From an uncultured virus (IMG/VR IMGVR_UViG_3300020183_006727) (lineage: Duplodnaviria; Heunggongvirae; Uroviricota; Caudoviricetes), in the IMG/VR virus record IMGVR_UViG_3300020183_006727: a stretch of 62,775 nt of DNA; one strand, written 5' to 3'. The notes below the pieces were generated by a model. That model saw only the letters and a list, made by a program, of their open reading frames with translations, was not told where the DNA came from and ran no database searches. This document shows positions 11,101 to 18,802 of this stretch, one piece after another. Positions within the stretch are counted from its first letter, which is position 1; every line of letters begins with the position of its first letter. Position numbers and translations under genes: made by a program.

Positions 11101-14100
11101 AGGGACGAGCAAGGTAGAACCTTTGATAATGGAACATTGAATAATGACACTGACAAGCTTTCAGGTTTTAAGATTGGTGATTTCATAGCAGTCCATGTGA
11201 TTGCGATACCACCGAATTCTACCCAATTAACAAATTCTATAACATTCACCACCGACATACTCGGTGTTGAAACAGTTCGTAGCACCGTTTTTGCTCGTCA
11301 TGCAGCTCTTTCAAACAGGGTTTTGAGTACGTCCACCACGTTCAATTCTTCAGTACTTGTCACGAACGCAGCAAGAAGTGTTATTTTTACTATTGCTGCG
11401 AATACAAGTTGGCAATACGCACTTGTATATACAAAGATGCCTGGCACAGGCGCATTCTTGAGAAATCATTCTGAAGATGCAGTGGATGATGAATTTAAGA
11501 ATTTCTTGAGAGGCTTCAGTATTCGAAATGATGGTTTATTTAATTTCGATAGCAACATCATGTCCGTGGGTAAGAGCGCAAGAGAATTTTCAGATTTTAT
11601 CCCGCTGCTTTCTAGTTTGCGATTGAACGACATACACGACAACCCTAGTGGGGTTGTTCAGACTTCAGGACTGGGATACCTAGAAAGTGGCGGTTCAAGT
11701 TCCTTCAATCTTCAGTGTTCTGATCTGGTTGGATCGTATTGGAGAACTCCATCTGGATCGACATTTACAAGACCTGCCGCTGATGGTGTCGACGGGGTGG
11801 TTTGTCATTACACTGTTGGCGTGATGCTTGAGACAGTCAGATTCTTTGCAAGGAATACGCAAACCAGGCAAGACTGGTGTAATCAAGTTGAGTCTGCTGG
11901 CGGGTCTTGTTCCAGATATTATGAGGGGCTGGTAAGAACAGTATATACTGGTCGTGCAAAGATTGTTGTATATTGTGTGTCTAGTGAATCTTCATCTGGG
12001 AATGGCGGCGTTCCATATGCGTTTGAAATTCATGAGTCAAGCCACATCATAGATGTTTCCAATCAGTTTAGGTTCACTGTTGGATCCATGCTCATCAAAG
12101 ACCACGAACATGCCATACGAACATCTAGAGCACACCTTGATCCTCTTAGGTTTGAAGGACCAGAGATGGCAGAAGATCTTGTCCCGCTGGCGCACAGAAA
12201 TATGATTTTTTGTATGGTGAATGGAGACCCGCAAATATCTCACGATTGGCGTGTGGATGTTTCTGATGGTCGCAGACAATTTGATTTGTGTTTCGGGTCT
12301 TTTATGTCTTCGATATCTTGGTTCCGCCATCACGACATTGGCTACAGAAATGGTTTGGCAGCAGGCAGATTTGCTGTGAGAATCAGCTCCATAGACATAT
12401 CGGATAATAGGTTGTCTATGGCGAATGGTTCTCAATTGAGTTCTTTTGACATGAGCATGCCAAGCGGATTTGTTCAACAGGCCAATTCTTTTGAACAGGC
12501 TCGCAACATAGACTATTTGAATTCGACTTCAGATCCAGGTGACTGGATCAATATGGCTTTCAATTTTTCTGCAGTTGATGACTGGTTGGCGTCACCAACA
12601 GGTTTTATGTATTCTGGTATTGTGTTTGCAAGGCAGGAAAATCAATCGAGAGCAGTAGTTCTTCAGCCAAACGCGTCTTCTGACTACGAATTCGATCGAA
12701 CGATTTATGAATCTGATGATTACATATATCCATGGATGTACTCTGTACGCAGAGGCAAAGTTGGCCACGGAGGAATTGGGTCTATAAGCCAAAGCGGAGT
12801 GTTTGCTGACTCTACTGAATATTCCATATTTTTGCGGGCCAAGCGGATAGAACCATACAGGGATGACGATTCACTAGTTTGCCCAGTGGGCATGGTCAGT
12901 CCGTTCTTGTTTGTTGGCGGAGATCAGGAAGCGAAAATCGTCAGGGTTACGACAAATGATTTTATGGGGATGTCAGTCAAGTTGACTCCTGGTGTCGGCA
13001 GTCTGCGTCTTTCTGCTCTCCACCCACTATATCAGAAGCGTGCTGCCAATATTAAAGTTCAAGAAGGAGACAACGGTTGTGTGTACGTGGACTCTTCTGG
13101 CAATTTGGCCACCGATTCTTCGGGTGAATTGATAGATTTCTTTAAATCTGAACTAGGAAATGGCTGTCTTGCATTGGTGACCAATTCTGCTGATAGTTAT
13201 TATGATGGTGTTAATACGATACTGATCATGTTGATGATTTCAGATTCAGGCATATTGAAGGGATTTGTTAGGTTGGCGCAGCCTGATGAAGATGGAGAAC
13301 CTAATACTGAGCTTGAGAACGCAGTGGTTGAAGCTTTTCAGTCAGATCTTACATCACTAGGATCTTCGTGGAGAGATATTTCCGTAGGCTCTACTTTTGC
13401 CATATGCGTGGATGGTACTGGTAGCCTTGTATTTTTGGGAGAAGAACCCATTGGCGGGTTTGGTCTTTCTTCGCTACCTTCTGGTAGATTTGTTGCGGTG
13501 AGTTGCGGCAGTAATTATTGTGTAGCTCTCAGGGAAGACGGACAACTTGTCAGTTGGGGCTTCTCATTATCGCTGCCATCAGGGACATTCTTGGCGCTAG
13601 GCTCAGGATTATATCTGCGGTCAGATCACCATGCAGTCAGTTCGGATGTTGATATTGCGGACGCAAAATGTATTGCCATATCTTATCTTGCATCTGAAGA
13701 TTTGAAAGTTATTGATTCTGAAGGTTTGCTAATTCAGGGCGGCGAATCTGAAGGGGATGTTGCAGGTTCGACCGCAATAGTTTGCTTTCAAGGGCCTTTT
13801 CGTGTTTACCTTTCAACTCCTAACTTGTCGAGACGAGTTTTGAAATATCAGAAGAACCCTGATGAAACTGCAGAGATAAATGACCTTATTGTGGATACAT
13901 ACAAAGATCCATTCAGAAGCAACATCGTCATAGAGCATGTATCTGCAGTTGCTTCTGAATATTCTAATGATGAGTTTACGCTTCAGAGCGTCGATGAAAT
14001 GTATGGATTTGCGCTTCCCTCTGTGTGTCAGTTTGGTAGTGCTTTCACAACAGGTGGTCTGTCGGTATCTAGGATTGGGCAAGGAGCGGGTATTCAGCGT

Positions 14101-16107
14101 GACCCAGCAATTGTTGTTGACAAGTTGGCAAAATTACACGTTGCCTATGAAAGTAACGAAACAGGCACATGGCAGATAAATGTATGTTCGATGAGAGACT
14201 GGGATGAAGCTATGAAGGTTTCGCAGACCATATCTAGGCATGATCGTGTGTCGAACGTTCCGTCGATTTCTGCCGATGGTGATGGTCGCCTGCTTGTTGC
14301 TTGGCAGGAAAGGAATGGCAATCATTCAAGAATAGCAGCATCGGTTAGCAGCAGTAAAGATCCAGATGTATCTGACAGTTGCCTGCTAGACAGGGCGATT
14401 GGTTTCATAAGAACTTTTGATGCAGATCCTTACGATCCATATTTACCAACCAGGTTTTTTAGGTGTGGGGTTTTTGCTACAGTTAGACCAACACAGACAT
14501 CAACATTCAAGTTTGTCGTTAATTTCTACCTTGAGGACGGCTCGCAACTTTTATATCAATCAGAATCAACGCAAAATCCTAATGGCTGGCTTTTGAATGG
14601 AAACACATTGAGTTCTGAAGGCCAGGCGCTCGATGCATCTAATGATTACGAAATTCAGTTTGATGCAATACCGCAAGATATAAAAAATCAGGGCGTAATC
14701 AGATGGGAGCTTGAGTTGCAGCCAATGGTTTCTGCAACCTCGCAGGAGTCTGTTGGCATCATAATCCAAAAATCTGGCCCAAATGTGGAGCAACTAGATT
14801 CTTCAGATGCAGAAACATGGCCAAATCTGCGAGAAGTTCTCATCGGGTTGACTCCCACAGTGACAGCTGCAAGCATCAGGCTTGTCGTTGTGCAGGAAAG
14901 CGCCGGCTCTGCTCCCGTGTCGTTCCCAAGCAGGCAACCTTCAGACTACATAAGTCTCATCAACGGGGAGATCACATCTAACCTTTCACTGCCATCTGGC
15001 GTTACTTCTATCGCAGGGTTTACATCTGGTTCTCAATACAGATCTTTTGTAATACATATACCTGCACAGGTCAGTTATAATGGGAACACGATAGATGTGG
15101 AAGAATTTGTTCAGTCGACAATAACATTCTCCGCGCCGATAGTTGCAATAGTAGCCACTCCTTCAGACTTGGCTGCTACCGATGGGGTTATTGGTCTGCT
15201 TGGTACGTCATGGGAGTCTGCTGGATCAAGGGCTATAAGATTTACTGATGGCGAATACATCACTCTCAGCGCAAATCTTCGCACCATAGATTTCAGAGTA
15301 AAAAAGAAATCTGGGTCCATGTACACCCAAATAAGGGTTATAACTGCTGCAGGTCAAGCTCAGTCTATAGAAAAGAACGGTTACATATTCTGTCCGTTTG
15401 CCACGCAGCAAAGATGTTCTGTTCCAGCCTCTTACACAAATAGGACTAATGAAAACAAACTGGTTCATTTCAGGGCAAAAATATTCACTGATGCTGAAAA
15501 GCAAAACCCAATCGCTGTGTATGATTCTTTAAATTATCCTACCTATTGGGACGCAGGCAGAGGATCGTTCCCCGTTGGTGGCGTCGTGTGCTATCCAGGC
15601 AACACCATATCAGCCAGTTTCATACCTAGAGTTTCCCCGTCTTCGAGTGTCCAATCTGCTTTTGCCGACATGTCTTCAGCTTCTTCAACAGTTGGCTCAA
15701 CAAGCGTTTCCGAATTGCAGAGACTTTCTATATTGCCTCACACCAGGTACTATGTATCTGTTGAAGCAGAAATCGGAGGAGTCACTGAACAACTTGATTC
15801 AGGTGATGCTGAGATAATGTGCGATCCGTCTTCGTATCTCTCGAGATCTATCAGTTGGTCGGGGGTTGACGGCAGAATATCATACTTGTCTTCTATCCAT
15901 TCTGACGCAAAAACACCGAGTGTTGCTGGCTCTGATTTTGGTTTATTCTATATATCTTGGCAGGATGGAAGGGCAGGAAGTTCATATAGTGTAGATGACC
16001 CCTCAGGTTTCCGTTCGGAGTGTAGATTCGCGACCTACGATTCGTCTTCTGTAAGGTGGTCTTCTGTTGACGGCGAGGGTGGCTCTAGGCCTTTATATGA
16101 TTCTTGA
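8131..16107 (+). CDS. Giant multidomain virion protein (2658 aa) with BNR/propeller-like repeats, RCC1-like repeats and internal repeated domains
   Basis: ATGA overlap with the GT gene. Propeller-type motifs RHPRVFDDRYGNMHIVWE, DPAIVVDKLAKLHVAYE and PSISADGDGRLLVAWQE. RCC1-like FVAVSCGSNYCVALREDGQLVSWG. Confidence 0.6.
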   Translation: MKQPKLHITDVKSSHGGREVHFNLDLDGAIGCKFSIEDASRGGSLPVSTDGGKKWHHRSSAESGSVVGAVRVRPTSDDFAIFCHVEDGFGSEAICAALVKRPKSGKSKNFHVHASPEFVAHGDRCNIVVDGPPSSSFRIGIGDKKYAGRTNKKGRSVLKFTANQIFSQDQMSAHSLVRVPINISDNEENWSYGGSDVHFVPSVLRTLAATNDPARPGCVVLDPTSSPDHGLRFISQEAPCSDLALVGPLYDPYGSETEQELTHLDSQYISVGEGFSKKFESISGGCNLIDHVSVAAKFFDPKSQSNSSLFPPYDSDDRGLNAFNHGAWVSYCKPYVETPSQDGDCDVSVRQVIPVTRVFVASSSSVAKVMPSAIGRGLIVKPPAFTHSVHPKSSPSGVAAIVIRLAGGQEISLSATWSSSALQSLANQINEDIALKSSGIYAEIIDDRLDVYSESKFSLLAGQVLSSLGGNAITVQQFSGASATFRCTTIKDLSAHGVSDIGTLVFLSGPFRGTVFSYVKSDIDSVKLQACPGINRPGGLVISDDIPCVHVAFLSGSESQSASVSEISLNVREDNLGQLVSCVYPAISSSCRVVCQSQVDGLNQLFMYSELPTSQEQASNGSWMQLTYSGDNRHPRVFDDRYGNMHIVWERDVGNGTFVAYATIGPDSPIFSSKMLVADFCRSSSLDTSPVVAPAKRVSSVLSLEYSEGILELPFNSSNFLRGVIPSSSAYIKREFLGTCPLSIQFNEGNSSSFMSNVREMDGSQADFAGVFEGDLVETVILHIDPSGNTTNHIYSGSISFNGAILSIAGQTDEMSLTDSIFSPTGITFPSRAGVANFSGGEFTLSADKKSFDFSLTLSPFQALFQLRLIVAASHTPISIRTGWIKVADAGASVAMPRSDLVCLDYSPLQSKCCAIIPYHTDDSGRQFDGTHKSIGYMVDADVDIQPSFSFDGYILSGSAIGISPVISDVFSNDDGLQIRTDFYGISPFARDEQGRTFDNGTLNNDTDKLSGFKIGDFIAVHVIAIPPNSTQLTNSITFTTDILGVETVRSTVFARHAALSNRVLSTSTTFNSSVLVTNAARSVIFTIAANTSWQYALVYTKMPGTGAFLRNHSEDAVDDEFKNFLRGFSIRNDGLFNFDSNIMSVGKSAREFSDFIPLLSSLRLNDIHDNPSGVVQTSGLGYLESGGSSSFNLQCSDLVGSYWRTPSGSTFTRPAADGVDGVVCHYTVGVMLETVRFFARNTQTRQDWCNQVESAGGSCSRYYEGLVRTVYTGRAKIVVYCVSSESSSGNGGVPYAFEIHESSHIIDVSNQFRFTVGSMLIKDHEHAIRTSRAHLDPLRFEGPEMAEDLVPLAHRNMIFCMVNGDPQISHDWRVDVSDGRRQFDLCFGSFMSSISWFRHHDIGYRNGLAAGRFAVRISSIDISDNRLSMANGSQLSSFDMSMPSGFVQQANSFEQARNIDYLNSTSDPGDWINMAFNFSAVDDWLASPTGFMYSGIVFARQENQSRAVVLQPNASSDYEFDRTIYESDDYIYPWMYSVRRGKVGHGGIGSISQSGVFADSTEYSIFLRAKRIEPYRDDDSLVCPVGMVSPFLFVGGDQEAKIVRVTTNDFMGMSVKLTPGVGSLRLSALHPLYQKRAANIKVQEGDNGCVYVDSSGNLATDSSGELIDFFKSELGNGCLALVTNSADSYYDGVNTILIMLMISDSGILKGFVRLAQPDEDGEPNTELENAVVEAFQSDLTSLGSSWRDISVGSTFAICVDGTGSLVFLGEEPIGGFGLSSLPSGRFVAVSCGSNYCVALREDGQLVSWGFSLSLPSGTFLALGSGLYLRSDHHAVSSDVDIADAKCIAISYLASEDLKVIDSEGLLIQGGESEGDVAGSTAIVCFQGPFRVYLSTPNLSRRVLKYQKNPDETAEINDLIVDTYKDPFRSNIVIEHVSAVASEYSNDEFTLQSVDEMYGFALPSVCQFGSAFTTGGLSVSRIGQGAGIQRDPAIVVDKLAKLHVAYESNETGTWQINVCSMRDWDEAMKVSQTISRHDRVSNVPSISADGDGRLLVAWQERNGNHSRIAASVSSSKDPDVSDSCLLDRAIGFIRTFDADPYDPYLPTRFFRCGVFATVRPTQTSTFKFVVNFYLEDGSQLLYQSESTQNPNGWLLNGNTLSSEGQALDASNDYEIQFDAIPQDIKNQGVIRWELELQPMVSATSQESVGIIIQKSGPNVEQLDSSDAETWPNLREVLIGLTPTVTAASIRLVVVQESAGSAPVSFPSRQPSDYISLINGEITSNLSLPSGVTSIAGFTSGSQYRSFVIHIPAQVSYNGNTIDVEEFVQSTITFSAPIVAIVATPSDLAATDGVIGLLGTSWESAGSRAIRFTDGEYITLSANLRTIDFRVKKKSGSMYTQIRVITAAGQAQSIEKNGYIFCPFATQQRCSVPASYTNRTNENKLVHFRAKIFTDAEKQNPIAVYDSLNYPTYWDAGRGSFPVGGVVCYPGNTISASFIPRVSPSSSVQSAFADMSSASSTVGSTSVSELQRLSILPHTRYYVSVEAEIGGVTEQLDSGDAEIMCDPSSYLSRSISWSGVDGRISYLSSIHSDAKTPSVAGSDFGLFYISWQDGRAGSSYSVDDPSGFRSECRFATYDSSSVRWSSVDGEGGSRPLYDS

Positions 16108-17345
16108 CAACCATGCCAACGCCAATTAGACCAGAATCTTTTTCTCTTGGATCAGTCTCCGACTGGACGGGGGGCTTGACATCGTTCGTGATGAATGGCT
16201 CCGGTCTTGATTGCGTCATTTCTTCTTCTGCATGTAAGTCTGTTCCAGTGGTGCCTGAATCTCAGTCTTCCTTTAGCCAGTGTAGAATGACAGATGTTCT
16301 CAATTCTTCCTTGGCTCCAAGTTCTGACTCTGAATTTCTTAAGATGCGTGTTTCTAAGGATTATATTTCAAGACTCATAGACACGAGTGGTGAAGACGGT
16401 TTTGTGGCAGAGGTTGAAGATTGTATGATAATGCTCAACATCATAGGAGCTCCTGGCACATATGCAGTGAGGCTTAAGAATGAGAATGATGTCGCATTCT
16501 CTGACTGGATAGCGGTTGGTCAAAAAGCCGCCATAACAAACAACAATCTTGCTTCTGCATTCAGGCCTATTTTTGTCGCCAAGGATGAATTTTTGGTTCC
16601 TTGGGTTCTCAGCCCATCATCTGGTGAAAAGCAGGTTTTTGCAGAAGTACTGACATTTTTTGGGCGAAGTCAACCCATGACTCTCAATGTGTTGGCCAAC
16701 TATCGACCACCTTCATACTCGGTAAGCATCAAAGTAAAGATCCCTGGATCTGAAGATGATGCTGAAACACTAGAAGTAGATCCTCCTAGGTTTAATGGGT
16801 ACCCCGTTATTTCTTCACAAATTCTTTTGATGCCATCTGGCAAGGCAGCTACTCCGGACGACATAGATGCTCTTGAGGTCGGTGAAGAAAAAGAAATAGA
16901 AAAGTTGGTGGTCAGATTCAAGTTTTCTCAGCCTGACCGCGTCAAGAGACTTATACAACTTGGCTCTATAGGGGCTTTGGGTGCCGCATCAGATAATGAC
17001 AGGATTATGGCTCACATGGTAACCCGAGGTGTCAAAAAGTTCTCTTCGATTATGTCTGCTGAAGATGCCGACGCTGGAATTTACAAAGCAGAATTTGAAC
17101 CACTGATATCCGATGGAGTTCTTGCTACTGATGGTATTGCTGCTTTTTATCCGAGTGTTCCAAACGAATGCGTAAATATATCTCTTACTGGATTTGATCT
17201 TGTTTCTGAGGGCATAGATTTTGCTGGTCTTGGAGACAATATAAGGACAGAAGATGAAAGTCCCCTGCCTTCCTACAGAGGATTTTCAGATCCGAAGGAT
17301 AGAAAGAACGCCTTCGGTGATGCTTCTTACTGGAGGAAGGCATGA
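16104..17345 (+). CDS. Hypothetical structural protein (413 aa; start may be ATG 16113)
   Basis: TTGA overlap with the upstream gene. AVRLKNE...FSDWI...VPWVLSPSSGEKQVFAEV resembles an Ig-like module. Confidence 0.6.
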   Translation: MTTMPTPIRPESFSLGSVSDWTGGLTSFVMNGSGLDCVISSSACKSVPVVPESQSSFSQCRMTDVLNSSLAPSSDSEFLKMRVSKDYISRLIDTSGEDGFVAEVEDCMIMLNIIGAPGTYAVRLKNENDVAFSDWIAVGQKAAITNNNLASAFRPIFVAKDEFLVPWVLSPSSGEKQVFAEVLTFFGRSQPMTLNVLANYRPPSYSVSIKVKIPGSEDDAETLEVDPPRFNGYPVISSQILLMPSGKAATPDDIDALEVGEEKEIEKLVVRFKFSQPDRVKRLIQLGSIGALGAASDNDRIMAHMVTRGVKKFSSIMSAEDADAGIYKAEFEPLISDGVLATDGIAAFYPSVPNECVNISLTGFDLVSEGIDFAGLGDNIRTEDESPLPSYRGFSDPKDRKNAFGDASYWRKA

Positions 17346-18802
17346 GTGTGCCTCGCCCCTCCATTTTGACACCTGTTGGCGGCAGTGTCATAAATGGCAC
17401 GAACGTTGCCATATCTTGGCTTTCACCGCCTTTGACGCCTCCTCAAATTGCTTCTTATACATTTGAAATATTAACCACCTCAAATCTTGATACCAAAGAT
17501 GCACAAAATTCAAAATGGATACTTATCGCTTCGGTTCCTGCAAACTCCACTTCATTTTCATGGTTGCCACCAAGTCATTTGAATTCTGATGCAGTGCATG
17601 TGGGGGTGCGATTGGTATCTTCGAGTGGATTCAGGTCTGAAATATCTTTTAACCGTTCAGCAGTATCAATTTATGGATTTGAGCTTGATCAGATTGAAGT
17701 TTTGGAACCTATAACAGACCAAGAATTAAACGGACCATTTTTTATCAAACTCAATCTTGGCAGAATGAAGTCGACACATAAGCATGTGAGATTGTTTGTA
17801 AACTTTTCGAGTCAGAGTCTAGGTATATATCAATTTCCGATATTGGACTCAGTGAGGCTTTTGGACAGATATTCCATAGACCTGAGTAGGATTGGAAATT
17901 GCGATGACGGCACTATATCTCTATATACGAGAGACTCTGCAAATAGAATATCTTCTGCAGTCAATATAGAAAAATTGAAAGTCAGAAACACTGGAACTTT
18001 TGTATTGGACACCATAGGGCCAGATCTTAGCATCGAACTTGCCCAGGGAGCTCTGTACGTCCAATCTACAGATGTTGCTGCTAGGCTTTATGCGTTTGAT
18101 GAAACCACTTCTGTTTCTTCATGTAAGTTTAATGTTTTTAGGTATGATAACGGTCAAGTTGTTTTAGATTATGAAGGAGAGCCAAGGCAACCGTTCTTGG
18201 ACAGTGTGATCACACTATCAGAGGGAGATGGAGTAAAGAATGTCACAGTGACAGCCATAGATGTAGGTTGCAACAAGCCAAGAGAGATCATGAGCACCAT
18301 TAAGACTGTCCAGGTATTGAATGAAGACTCTGATTTTTTTGAACTTTCTACGCAATCGTCTATAGTTTCTGTAGAGCCATATCAGGAAGGATTCAGGCTT
18401 TACAGAGTCACTGATTCAAGAGTATTCTTGGGGTTCGTTTTATCTAAACCAATTGCAATTTCAGAATTTGAAGGTTTGTATTATGTTTCTTTACAACATC
18501 CCCAATCCAAGATGTATATTGCAGCGGTATCACCAGTTGGAGTGACAGATGTCTTCGTCGGCACCACCCCCAACCAGGTTGCGGTTGACTTGGCTGCCAA
18601 CTCTGGTGGTATTTTTGTTTTTGATCAGACTGGTAATGCTTTCAGGATATCGACAGGGGCACTGCACTCGATTGGGAACATGGGTGGCCCTGTTTCTTCT
18701 GTAAGATTTTTGAAATCTGGTAATTTGGCGGTTTCTGTGAGCAACGCCAACAGGTTTGTGATTATAAACAACACATCAGTTGTACAGGTGGTGCAATTAT
18801 GA
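17342..18802 (+). CDS. Structural protein with FN3/Ig-like domains and C-terminal propeller-like region (486 aa)
   Basis: ATGA overlap. FN3-like P..LTP.GG.VI....V.ISW...SYTFEI and Ig-like LDTIGPDLSI...AFDETTSV...LSEGDGVKNVTVTAIDVGCN. Confidence 0.55.
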   Translation: MSVPRPSILTPVGGSVINGTNVAISWLSPPLTPPQIASYTFEILTTSNLDTKDAQNSKWILIASVPANSTSFSWLPPSHLNSDAVHVGVRLVSSSGFRSEISFNRSAVSIYGFELDQIEVLEPITDQELNGPFFIKLNLGRMKSTHKHVRLFVNFSSQSLGIYQFPILDSVRLLDRYSIDLSRIGNCDDGTISLYTRDSANRISSAVNIEKLKVRNTGTFVLDTIGPDLSIELAQGALYVQSTDVAARLYAFDETTSVSSCKFNVFRYDNGQVVLDYEGEPRQPFLDSVITLSEGDGVKNVTVTAIDVGCNKPREIMSTIKTVQVLNEDSDFFELSTQSSIVSVEPYQEGFRLYRVTDSRVFLGFVLSKPIAISEFEGLYYVSLQHPQSKMYIAAVSPVGVTDVFVGTTPNQVAVDLAANSGGIFVFDQTGNAFRISTGALHSIGNMGGPVSSVRFLKSGNLAVSVSNANRFVIINNTSVVQVVQL

